Origin: Lytechinus pictus
Lineage: Eukaryota
NCBI RefSeq assembly: GCF_037042905.1
Contig: NC_087245.1
Location: 124,001-188,000 of the forward strand
DNA length: 64,000 nt
Direction: 5' to 3'
Every line of letters begins with the position of its first letter. Position 1 is the stretch's first letter. Under the pieces are notes generated by a model. That model made no database searches. It was not told the origin of the DNA and saw only the letters and a program-made list of their open reading frames with translations. This document shows positions 1 to 11,564 of this stretch, in pieces. A program made the position numbers and the translations under genes.

Positions 1-313
1 GAAGTCATATTTTATTCAAAATGATCACCAACGTTCCCGATCCTTATAGGTCAGGGTGGTAAACTCTATAATGATAATGCCGTATACCCACAAAGGCTAC
101 TTCTTCCGTTTTTCAGCTCTTTACTAGTCGGTCATAATTTATTTGGGGACCACGGACGGCCTGTTCCTCATTTAAAAGGGGGAGTTATAAAAATTGTGCC
201 GTATATATAAAAAAAGAAAGTACAATATTACTATAGAATTATATGGAAGTTTATGTCATCAATCTCCTGTCGTCTAGTTTGCGCCATTAATTAAGTTCCT
301 AATCATTCAAATA

Positions 314-572
314 CACTGTTAAAATAAATCTAAAATCGCTGTCTACGATGTGAATCACACAGTAATTGTTTAAACAGTTTAAACAAGTATTTAAAATCTT
401 AAAACACACATTTTAAATTTAAATATTTAATTATCAATAATTAAATTCAAATATTAAATTATCAATGATTTAAACATGATTGTTTAAATTTTAAACACTT
501 GTTTAAAATGTTTAAACAACTACTATGTAATTCTCACAGTAAACAGCGTTGTTAAAAATATTTTTGACAGTG
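314..572. mobile_element. Non-autonomous foldback MITE with CACTGT termini and TA flanks (EnSpm/CACTA-like or Tc1-like)
   Basis: TA|CACTGTTAAAA ... TTTTGACAGTG|TA; imperfect inverted arms (TTGTTTAAACA motifs) through most of its length. Confidence 0.7.
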
Positions 573-1585
573 TAGAAGTGCTCCATATAAATGAGTTCAA
601 TCAGGGGCGGATCCATGATTTTCCAAAAAGGGGGGCACAGGGCCAATGAAAAATTTGACAAGCAAAAAAAAAAGTTTTTCAACCAAAAATTGAGGATATT
701 TCGTCCCCGAAAAAAGGGGGGGGGGCAGGTGAGGGGTTGATTATGCTCCTGCCATGCGGTGAATTAAACAACAAATGGTGATTGGTGATTATCGAAGCGG
801 CAGATTTTTTTTAAAAATTATAATTATATATTAACATCTTGACTTAGCATTTCTTTTTAAAGCAGGCAAAATTGTTTTTAAGTATTTCCTTTTGTTTTAA
901 AACCATATTCAATCCTTCCTCATTGTTATAACATGTGAAAAAGATAAATAACATGAAATCATTTACGTTATTGAATCAGAATTCATATTTAAGAAAATCA
1001 TAAATTGGTTATTCTAAATGTAAAATTAGAATCCATTTGTAAATATTTGTTGGATTTTTTATAATCACAAAGGGAATAATAATAATAATACAGACTAAAA
1101 AAATTCGGATCTAGAAATCTCTGAATATATTAAAACACAAGCACACTATTGATAAATATTTTTTTCATTTTTAGTATCATTAAATCAAAATAATTTGAGG
1201 AAGTTATATGAAATAAAACACACACCAAGCGAACAGTCACGCTTTACCCCCCCCCTTCCCATAAACAAAGCATAAAAAAGAATGAAAAGGAGAAAGAAAG
1301 AATGAAAAGGAGAAAGAAAGAATATAACAAATGACAACAAAAACTTATCATAAAAACACAAAATGTAACAAAATAAAAATATATATGAAATAAATATTTT
1401 TTTTCATAAATATTTATATAGATCTATTTTTTTCCAAAAAAAAAAAATGAAAATGGTATTGAATTATATGCCTAAATCACGATTTAATTGAATAGAGACG
1501 ACTTGCCGAAAGTTTTCACTCTAATGCATATTCATTAAACTGTGCTGTAAAGGCATGCAGTGACGACATCTTATAAATATTCATA

Positions 1586-1710
1586 TGCGCATGCGCAGAA
1601 TTTTACCTCAAACATGGCGATCTCGCGATTGGAACAAAAGTCCGAAAATTGATGCTCTTTTGAAGGATTTCATGGAATTGTATTCATTATTCTTATTTCA
1701 AAGGTAAGCT
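1586..1710 (+). promoter_or_regulatory. Promoter-like motif cluster followed by a splice-donor-like site
   Basis: TGCGCATGCGCA (NRF1-type, 1586-1597), AACATGGCG (YY1-type, 1611-1619), TCTCGCGA (BANP/ZBTB33-type, 1621-1628), then AAG|GTAAGC with GT at 1704; may be transposon-borne. Confidence 0.3.
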
Positions 1711-3560
1711 GATTTAGGAACAGTTTGTTTAGGTAAGATTGATATAACTCGTTAGATTTTTAATTCATTATGATCATCGGTTTTCTAATGCCAAACATCG
1801 CGAAGTTTTGTACTCCGGTGATAATGAGTGGTTGCATTCAGGACCTCGACACTGTCTAAAGACGTGTCGAGGTCCCCGGGGCAAGGGTGTCTGGAGAAAA
1901 AAATTATTTTTCTTATTTCAAGAAAATATCACATTTTCTTTGTGAATTTGAAGAGAAATGACCTTGAGACTGACAGAAATGTAACATTTTTGAAAAAAAT
2001 CCAATTATTGGCTGCAAAAAAGAAGAATGAAATTAGGTAAATTTTCAGCATTTCTCTGCCATAGACTGTGTAGTTAAGAAATGGACACACACAAATCCAA
2101 ATTTTTTGCTTCCGAGAGCTGTTATTAATTTATTATTAATGCCAAAAACTTGTCCATAAAGAGTCCAATAGGATTTTTTATGCTCTATCTGATGGTATGA
2201 TTTTTATAAAGATTTGGAAACCAGATCACAATGAAAAATTGTGACAAAGTGAAAAAAATTGTGCAAAACAGAAATTTCATTTTCCCATAGAAAACGCATG
2301 GAGAAATGGCAATCTCAACACACACAAAAATAAGGGTTTGCAATTTATCTCTAAATCCTTATTTAAAATGATCATATAAACTTGTCCTTACTGTCAAAAG
2401 AAGCCCCTGAATTTTCTCTTTCCATACATGCCAAACACAAGTTAATAATCAATTCAGATCACATTTTTCTAGTAGCCTGAACTTTCCCGAAAAAATGTGC
2501 CATATTTTCCCCTAAATTAGCCTGTTTTATGCTGACACTTTTCAGTGTGGCTTCAGACACCCACAGTACTCAGTAGTACTCTAGACTAGTAGTACCATTA
2601 CTTTAATATTGTCTGAGGTCCAAACATTAAGTTAATGTTGGATGTATGGACCTCATAATAGGCGACGATGCCTGGCTTGAAAACTGGTTAGAAGTGTTTC
2701 CTGCACCCAAGTATTTAATGATATTACTCACTATTATGAGTTGTATGCTGGTCTGTTTATGATTGATTAAAATATTGCCCATGATATGTAATCCTAGTCC
2801 TACTTTCAATGTAATAAAATAAAGGGAAACTTACATTTGAGTCCTATTTCCAGCTTTTCGTGGCAGTCGGTCTGGTCCAGAGATGCAAAGTTAAAGAAAA
2901 TGTTATGCGTGTGATTTTCATGACTCGGCGTCTCTCTGCGCGGCCAGTACTTACACTTGTACGTTTCGAAAAGGCGCGCGCGCGTGTTATGGACTTCATC
3001 ATGATATCGATCCATACTACAAAACCATGCGATGCACGCACGCGATTCATCGTGTCACGTACTACTACTAGCTGTGTGCTGACTGTACTCTCAATTCGTC
3101 TCACGTGCCGGGGTAGACGCGACGGCGTGCGAAGGCGGTCGGCCAGTGCGTATAATCTAGCAAATAATGCTACTTTTTCTCTCTCTTTTTCTGTCGGGTC
3201 CCGATGCGTGAAAAAAATGGGTGCCATACGTGAGATCGTGAGACAGACCCTGGATGCGTGAGTCTCACGCACAATGCGTTAGACTTGGTACTGGTAGCTC
3301 TGCTGCATGCTGGTCACCGTCGTAGAGTGCAATAGAAGCGGTACGAAGTTGATTTTCAGATCACGTGATACCCGTAGTCACCTGATCGCTCGTTTACCCT
3401 TTTTGAAAGACATCAATTATTAAAAATTTTATGATAAAATATTTATAGAATAAACTATTGTACGATATTTTATATATCTCTACAATTGAAAAATACTCTG
3501 TGATATTAATTTCATACTTGACGTAAAAAGCGCCATTTAACAAAATATGTATAAAATTTG

Positions 3561-4416
3561 GGAAGCGCCGTGGTGTAGCAGTTCTGACTCTCGCCTTGTA
3601 ATCAGAGGGTCGTGTGTTCGAATCCCACCATGGCCTAGTGTCCTTTGGCAAGGCGTCAATCCACAATTTGCCACTCTCCACCCAGGTGTTAAATGGATAC
3701 CCGGTAGGATTAGCCAGGCGGCTTCTTGAGAGTAAAAATCATTTAAACGTAGCCGTAGGCTTACTCTCAATGAAGCCAGGGAGTCCTTCCTGTTCACCTA
3801 CACGAAGGACCCCAAAACCTGAAACTTTCACCCCCGAGTTTTCTACTTTCCTTCTAAAAGATCTAGCTCTAAATCATGTACATGGGATAAAACTTCATTT
3901 CCGACATTTCTACGCTCTCGTTATTTTTAAACAAGAATTCATCAAAAATCATCTTTTCACAATATTTTTCTCATTTTTTGGATGAATTCTTGTTTAAAAA
4001 TAACAACGAGAGCGTAGAAATGTCGGAAATGAAGTTTTATCCCATGAACATGATTTATGGCTAGATGTTTTAGAAGGAAAGTAGAAATCTCGGGGGCGAA
4101 AGTTTCAGGGTTTTTTGCGGTACACGCAGATGAATAGGAAGGACTCCCTGGCTTCATTGAGAGTAAGCCTACATTAGTAAATGATTTTTACTCTCAAGAA
4201 GCCGCCTGGCTAGGTAGGATGCGAAAGCCTATGTTCTATGCCTAGCAATTGAGTCTTGGAACTCTTGTTGGAATGCTTTCCAAGGAGTGGAGAAGGTGCA
4301 TACATTGTATGCGGGCATTCCAGGATCCGATGACCGGGGTAATAATATATCTGTAAAGCGCTTACAGACGTCGTTCAGATGTGTTAAGCGCTATATAAAT
4401 GCGGAACATTATTATT
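3561..4416 (+). mobile_element. tRNA-derived SINE interrupted by a foldback MITE
   Basis: A-box-like TGGTGTAGCAG, B-box GTTCGAATCC, central CTCTCCACCCAGGTGTTAAATGGATACCCGG, 3' tail AAGCGCTATATAAATGC...(TTA)n typical of L2/CR1-mobilised SINEs. Confidence 0.85.
3711..4212. mobile_element. ~500-bp foldback MITE (TAGCC termini) with 8-bp TSD
   Basis: TIR TAGCCAGGCGGCTTCTTGAGAGTAAAAATCATTTA at both ends, arms of ~240 bp nearly complementary, TSD GGTAGGAT at 3703-3710 and 4213-4220. Confidence 0.92.
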
Positions 4417-4502
4417 AAAAAAAAAAAAACGCCTTGAACACACTGCAAAAAACCTAACGATTTGGCCGTGTTGTTAACAACTATCATAATCAACATATCA
4501 AC

Positions 4503-4880
4503 GGAGGCAGTGTAGCTCAGTCGGTTAGAGCGCCTGTTCCGGAAAAGATCGTAGATCTCAACGTGCGTGGGTTCGAGTCCCGCAGCATGCCGGAAGACGT
4601 CTAACAAAAAAACTGATGCTAGCGTTGTGTGTTAACGTGCCTCACCGCTGTGTTCAGTGCGGGTGTGAATGCAGTTGGAAAACACTCCGTCCATCGGAAA
4701 GGACGCAAATGTTGGTCCCGTGTATAGGAGAGTCACAACCTATGCACGTTATAACCAATACACTATTCGTCAAAGAGTAGGGTGTTCACCCGGTGTATTG
4801 CACCTGCCGGTCCCGGGTACTACAATACTGCAATAATCTTCAGGATTGAAGGAGGCAGTGTAGCTTGAAGAAGAAGAAGA
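4503..4880 (+). mobile_element. tRNA-derived SINE with Deu/Nin-domain-like core and (GAA)n tail
   Basis: A-box TAGCTCAGTCGG, B-box GGTTCGAGTCC; core GGTCCCGTG...GCACGTTA...CACTATTCGTCAAAGAGTAGGGTGTTCACCCGGTGT resembles the Deu-SINE domain as I recall it; ends in GAAGAAGAAGAAGA. Confidence 0.8.
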
Positions 4881-6041
4881 TATTGATTTCACATATTTTT
4901 CTATGTTTTAATTTAATGCTACCCACTTGACATGTTTGCAGCAAGTTTCATATTTTGATTGTCCTCGGTTACTTAACTTACTTTTCATGCAAAGGTATAT
5001 TTAATTATACTCTGAACACTCACATAATCACATTTGTATTTCTTGCATTATATCTGACAAATAAAATGAATAGATTCGATTTTTCACACGCAGCCTCTCG
5101 TATTTCCCTTTTTAGTCTCATACAATCAGACACATTGATTTTGTTTACTCCATTCAAACCCCTATTTTTATGTCAACAAATAACATTTAAAGCATGATTT
5201 GCAAAATTATCACTTTAAATGAGTATTCTATAAAAAAATCAGAATATTGAAAGACTACAATGCCGAAATTACTTAGTTACTTCAATTTTTATTTTCGGAC
5301 AAGGGTCTCTTTCGTTGGAATATCAATGAAAGGTGTCCTTAAAAGGGCACCGTGTTCTAGGTAGGGGAAATAATTAAAATTTAGATTTTACCCAGGTATG
5401 TTTGTGAATCTTCAATGTTTGTTCTCCTTTTACCTCATGAAGTAAGCTCCATACATCATAGACGGGTCAATATATGGTTTGACCCGGAAAAAATTGCAAC
5501 AAATGATTTTTCAACTGTTTCTGGCAATATTTGACCGCAGGAATAACATACTAAATATCTACCAAAATCCTCATACGGGAAAGTGGTTATTTTCAAGATA
5601 GCGTCCAAGATGGCCGCCATTCACTGAAAATAGATATAACTCACTCATTATCCATCCTAGGATCCTAGTTAGGTTCATATTCAATGGTCCAGTGGGTAAA
5701 CAAATTTATTGATACAAGTTAGAGTGAATATTAGCACTCCAGGGTACCTGGAAAATCCAAGATGGCGCCCAAATTGGCTGCCGTAGGCTAAAAAATCCAC
5801 AATTCATCTATTAATTAAGTGGCTTTAATTTGGTTTCTATTCAATATTTTTAATTGTGAAGTAGTACATCGGGAAGAGTTACAAGGACAGCCAGTGGTCT
5901 GGTGTGTCAAAAAATCCAAGATGGCTTCAAAAAAATGAGTTTAAAATGGCTGTTAATACTTGAAATGAACATAGCTCATATCATATCCACCTGACAGATA
6001 TGATTTTGGTGTCTAGACCATGGTTATAATGGTCAAATAAT

Positions 6042-7739
6042 CATGGCGCGACAAACCCGCTTGCTTGGGGCAAGTGAAATTGACGTGCGGGCAAGCATTT
6101 TTCAAAGTCAATTGCCCGATCTGGCAAGTGGTTGTTTTGAAAATGAAAAAGATGAATTGACAGTAACGTTTAATAATTTTTTATAAATTGCAATTATCGG
6201 CCAATTATCTCTCATACAATGTCATACCAGTCAAAAAACAGTGGAAACATGTCAAATCAGCGCCAATTTACCGACAATTTATCGCCAGCGGTCCCGTTCG
6301 ATGGGGGCTGCCATCTTACTTTCTAAACTACACTGTGCGCATGCGCTACTAATCGACGAAGGAGCTAGCTGGGGAAACCCCTCTCTCGCCCTCTGAGCGC
6401 ATGCTCTACATGTACGGACGTACACGAGCGATCGCGAGCCAGTCGACTCTCGAGCTAGATCGCGCTGAATGCATGCAAGCTTCGGACTGACTCGGCCAGG
6501 ACCAGGGTGACCAGACGTCTCGTATTTTATTCATTTCTAAAACATTTTAGTTTTTTTTTTAATTTTAAAAATATTAAAAAAAAACCACCAAATATCATTA
6601 GGATTTTTGTTATATGATTGGATTGTTTTTATTTGCTTGAACTTTTTCCTCTTTCTTTCTTTTCTATCCTTCTATCCTTTCTTCTTGCCCTTTTTTTGTT
6701 ACATATCTATTTTTATTTCCTGATCCTTTCTCTCTCTGTTCATTTTCTTTCTTTCCTTCTTTCTCTTACTTGCCTTTATTACATTTCCTTTTTTTATTTC
6801 CTTCATTCCTTCTCCTTTCCACTCGTTTTTATTTTCGTTCTTTCTCTCCTTCCATTATTTTCTTATTTTTTTCATTCTGGCCTCCCTTCATTCTTTCCTC
6901 CCTCTCTTTCCTCCTTTCTTTCTTTCATTATTTATTTTATTTTGTCCTTATTCTTTTCCCTTATACTTTCTTTCCCTTTCTTTCTTCATTCCTTCCTTCC
7001 TTCTTCTTTCTTTGTTTCTTTCTTCCAAGAATGAAGGAAACATTTCCTTTCCTTCATTCTTTCTTTCCTCCTCCTTTTTTCTTACTTTCTTTTTGTCTTT
7101 CTCTTTTTTAGTTTGACTTTCACACATTTATTCATCTTGATCCCTTCTTTTCTTTTATTTTCTTTCTATATTCAATTCAAAGAATGACGGAAACCTTTTT
7201 ATCTATTTTTATTCTCTCTCATCCTTCTTTTTTTAGAACTTTTTTATATTTTTTATTATTTCCTTCATTTCCCCTTCATTTTTTCTTTCTTTCTTCTCAA
7301 TTTATCTCTTTTCTTTCTCTCCTTCATTCTTTCATTCACCCTCCAAATTCTGTATATTTTTTTCACAAGTCTAACACTGTGTAGCCTTCTTTCTTGATCT
7401 TTTTGTTTGTCGATTGTCCTGTATTTCATTTTGTGAAATCTGGTCACCCTGGCCAGGACTCGGCTTCAACTTCAAACCAAATAAACAAGGAGTTGTCAGA
7501 CTAAAATAGGTGACTTTTGTCGTCATGATCGGCGACCAGAACAACTTGAACAAGAGTCAAGAAAAAGAAATGCCAAGGGCAGCGCCAGTAAATCAAGTTC
7601 AGCCAGGACAGAAAAGAATAATTAAGAGCAAAAGAATTTTGTAAAAAAAATCGGGCAAGCAGTTTTTTCTATTGGGCAAGCAAATATTTTTATCACTTGC
7701 CCGACAGGGCAAGTGTTGATTTTTCTTTGTAGAGGCCTG
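6042..7739. mobile_element. Non-autonomous hAT-like element with CTTGCCCG subterminal repeats
   Basis: Splits a unit of the host tandem array (GGTCAAATAAT | AAATAACACATCGGGAC); clusters of GGGCAAG/CTTGCCC at both ends; left end resembles the reverse complement of the right end of 11565-13514. Confidence 0.65.
6503..7451. mobile_element. Nested hAT-type MITE with polypyrimidine interior
   Basis: TIR CAGGGTGACCAGA / TCTGGTCACCCTG; 8-bp TSD GCCAGGAC at 6495-6502 and 7452-7459; interior ~6640-7400 is a CT-rich tract. Confidence 0.9.
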
Positions 7740-9243
7740 AAATAACACATCGGGACAAGTTACAAGGACAGTCAGTGGTCAAGTATGTATAAAAAAATCC
7801 AAGATGGCTTCCAAAAATTGAGTTTAAAATGGCAGCTAATACTTAGAATGTATGCATGTAGCTCATATCATATCCACCTGGGAGATATGATTTTGGTGTC
7901 TAGACCATGGTTTCAATGGTAAAAAAAAATCGGGACAAGTTACAAGGACAGTCAGTGGTCCAGTATGTTCAAAAATCCAAGATGGCTTCAAATAATGGAG
8001 TAAGAAAATGTTTTTGCTATAAAAAAACATAGTTTGTTCAATATACGGGAATATGATTTTTGTGCCTATACCATGGTTAAAATGGTCAAATAATACATTG
8101 GGATAAGTTACAAGGACGATGCCCAGGTGGTCAAGTATGTCCAAAGTCAACGGTGGCTTAAAAAATAGTATTAATTAGCCGCTGGTTTACAAATGGACAG
8201 CGTTCATGTTTATATCCGTCAAGGGCATATGATTTTGATGTCTATACCATGGTTTCAAAAGTCAGAAAACTAGTTACAAGGACAGTCAGTGGTCTAGTAT
8301 GTCGAAAATCCTATAGATGACTTCCAAAAATCTGAGTCTAAAATGATGGCTATTAATTTAAAAGTGGACATAGTTCATTTAAAATCCACCAAAGAGATAT
8401 GATTTCGGTGTCCACACTATGGTTTTATGGTTAAAATAATACGTTTGGCCTGGTTACATTGATATGCAATTGTCCAAAAATCCAAGAGGGTTTTCAAAAA
8501 AGACATCTAAAACAACTCGTATCACTAAATAATGGTCAGAGTTCTACAATTTCTATCTGTAAGAAATAATGCTAGAGTCTAAATTGTGGTATGAAGGGTC
8601 AAATAATACATTTGAACAAGTAACAAGGATGGTTAGTATTCCATTTTGTAAAAAAAATCATGGTGGATTCTACAATTTCATCAAAATGGGTGCTGTTACC
8701 AACTCATGAAAAAATATGATAACTTATCCCCATGCATTTAAGTGAAGGCACCAAGATCATTTCTCACAAAGTCAGGTGGATATTGTATGAACTATGTCCA
8801 TGTTTAAGTAGCAGCAGTCATTTTAGAACCCATTTTTTTAAGCCAACTGGGATTTTAAGGCAAAATTGATAACTGCATATCATGGTAACCAGTCCCACAG
8901 TATTTTTTACCCTTGAAACCCTAGTGTAGACACCAAAATAATATTCCCAAGTAACCCTTTAAACTCTAGTGTAGACACCAAAATCATACTTCCGAGGTTT
9001 ATTTTTAATAATCTATGTATACTTTTAAGTAACAACAGTTAATTTACACCCCATCTTGGAATTTTGAACATACTAGATCACTGACTGTCATTGTAACTTG
9101 TCGTAATATATAATTTGACCCTTGAAACCATAGTTTAGACACCGAAATTGCATCTCCCAGGCCGATATAAAATAGGCTACATGTATGTCCGCTTTAAGTA
9201 ACAGCAGTCAATTAAGAATAAATTTTGGGAAGCCAACTTAGAA

Positions 9244-9580
9244 TTTTAGCTCATCCGGCCCGAAGGGCCGGATGAGCTTATGCCGTGGCGTGGCGTCTGT
9301 CGTCCGTCCACAATTTCAAAATGCTTCTTCTTCGCCATTTCAAGTCTGATTTCAATTCTGTTTGCTTTACATGATAGCACTAGGTGGGGGATTCAAAACT
9401 TCTACACAGAATTTTTAAACTCATTAAATATGCTAATTTATGCGCATTTTTCAAAATTCACAAAAGGTGCTTCTCCTTCTTTATTTGTTGACCAATTTTG
9501 ATTTTTTTTTCTTCCAGCTTCATGAGGTTCACCAAACTTCTCCACAGAATTTTTAAATTTGGAGTAGGAAATTTTAATAG
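9244..9580 (+). mobile_element. 5' fragment of a Helentron-associated (HINE/DINE-1-like) element
   Basis: TTTT then hairpin AGCTCATCCGGCCC-GAA-GGGCCGGATGAGCT, followed by GTCTGTCGTCCGTCC microsatellite-like run; no 3' end found. Confidence 0.6.
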
Positions 9581-9939
9581 CACTTGCGACTTTAAGATGA
9601 TGCGTCGAGATCAAGAGATCATTCCAATAATTCTAAATCGCTAGCACCTGAAAATGCTTATAAAAGATGTTCCTCCGATCTTTCATTAACCTGTGATCTA
9701 TGAGAATTATTTTCATTTTATTTTCCTTTGCGACTTTGCTTGGAAGATGCGTCTTTCGTTTATCTTTCTACTAAAAATCAGTCTGTTTATTTTAAAACAC
9801 CTCAAAACCCCTTCAAAACATGTTCCAAACGATCGCGCATGTTGGCGACTTCCATTCCAATGCATTCGTCTTTGTGACTTTGTCAGGAAGATGCGCGCGA
9901 CCGCGAACAAAACTTTGATCTATTCCTTTGTTTTTAAAC

Positions 9940-10830
9940 ATTGCCGATTCGAATTTCGATTCGATTATGATTCGATTTCGATTTTAGAAGCTTAACTGCC
10001 GATCCGATTTTCGATCTGATTTTTGATCCGATATACAACATTACTCTTTTCCCTCCTCTTCAAAACCACTCTGTCACTTTTAGACAGTTATAATTTAAAA
10101 ATTGATTTAAAAATCGTATTTTAAATCGATTTTAAAAGCTCAAACATATTTAAGACAGTTGGCTAGCCATGATATCGCCTTATCAATCCCTATTACTTAC
10201 TCCTCCTTTAGGGCTCTCCCTGTATTAAAAAACATTAAAATCCCATAGACAGAGCCGTAAAGGAGGACTAAATAATAAGGATTGACAAGGCGATATCGTG
10301 GCTAGCCAACTGTCTGAAAGTGGCAGAGTGGTTTTGAAGGGAAAAGAGGGGTTGATGGAATAATTCAGTTAATTATGAATATCAAATTGATTATAAAATC
10401 GATTTTGAAATCAATTTTACAATCGATTGTAAAATCGTATTTCTAATTGGTTTTAAAAGTTCAAACATTTCTAAGGCAGTTCAGTTGGCTAGCCACGATA
10501 TCGCCTTGTCAATCCTTATTATTTAGTCCTCCTTTAGGGCTCCGTCTATGGGATTTTAATGTTTTTTTAGGAGAAAATAATAGGGATTGACAAGGTGATT
10601 TCGTGGCTAGCCAACTGTCTTAAAAAAATGTTTGAGCTTTTAAAATCAATTTAATATACGATTTTAAAATCGATTTTAGAATTACAACTGTCTAAAAGTG
10701 GTAGAGTGGTTTTGAAGAGGAGGGAAAAGAGGGGTTGATGGAATAATTAGGACAGGTATAATTAACGATTTTAAAATCGATTTTGAAATTGATTTTAAAA
10801 TCGATTCAATTAAGTTCAATTTTAGATCAG
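9940..10830. repeat. Compound foldback with nested inverted repeats
   Basis: ~10045-10195 is inverted against ~10575-10730 and ~10230-10315 against ~10480-10567; four copies of CAGTTGGCTAGCCA(C/T)GATATCGCCTT in alternating orientation; AAAATCGATTTT palindromic spacers. Confidence 0.8.
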
Positions 10831-11564
10831 TTTTAGTATAAGTTTGAAGGCCCATTCACATTTTTACTGATGCTGATGAGAAGTTAGTTTGGTTGTCAGA
10901 GCATTACATAGGCGGATCCAGCTTTTGGCGAAAGGGGGGGCGCACTGCCGAGCGGCGCACATATTTTTGCACTTCACCGGCGCCATAAAAGAAAATGTTG
11001 AAAAAGGGGTAAAGTCTGACCCTGTCACATGCTCTTTTCAAAATGTAGGATTTCCAGTCATGCCATTTTGCATGACCACACGCAGATAATATTTCCGGGG
11101 GGGGGGGGGGTCAAGACTCGAAAATTTGGTGCACATCTCACATTTGCACATTTTTCATAGTTTTCATGAAATGTTAAGGAAAAAAAAAAATTGTTTTTCA
11201 CAACAGCAGATCGCGAATGTGCCCCCCCTTCCCCCTTGCTGCGTACGACCATTCCCTGAAGTCCACTTAAACATAATTTATCTCATTATAACAGAAATAT
11301 ACATCAATTTAAACATATAATCTTTCTAAAACATATATAGAGAGAGATTGAAAAACTTATTAAAGAAAGAAAAAAGTAACACAAATTATGCATGTTATGT
11401 GCGATTTCAAAATCTCGTGTATTAACCCTTTTATTGCGATGAGGCCAATACTTTTGTATATTAATAGAGATACAAGGTTTTTTTACTATATGTATATATA
11501 TATATATACACAGGGGCGTCAATCCTTTTTTTAAGATTTGGGGGGCAAAATCATGAATCAACTT

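Larger units (their letters stand above)
5580..9240. repeat. Diverged ~180-bp tandem array that switches orientation near 8700; interrupted at 6042-7739
   Basis: Recurring AAAATCCAAGATGGC, GATATGATTTTGGTGTCTAGACCATGG and GGGACAAGTTACAAGGACAGTCAGTGGTC; reverse-complement versions (GTAGACACCAAAAT, CCATCTTGGA, CACTGACTGTCATTGTAACTTGTC) from about 8800 to 9240. Confidence 0.75.

Noticed and set aside
2844..3272. Overlapping 142-aa and 133-aa ORFs
   Set aside because: No recognisable domain; they lie in a CpG-rich segment that looks like a hAT-type MITE, for which I could not confirm a TSD
3561..3635. Functional tRNA genes at 3561, 4503, 21315 and 32546
   Set aside because: Cloverleaf stems are incomplete, and three of the four continue into SINE bodies and tails
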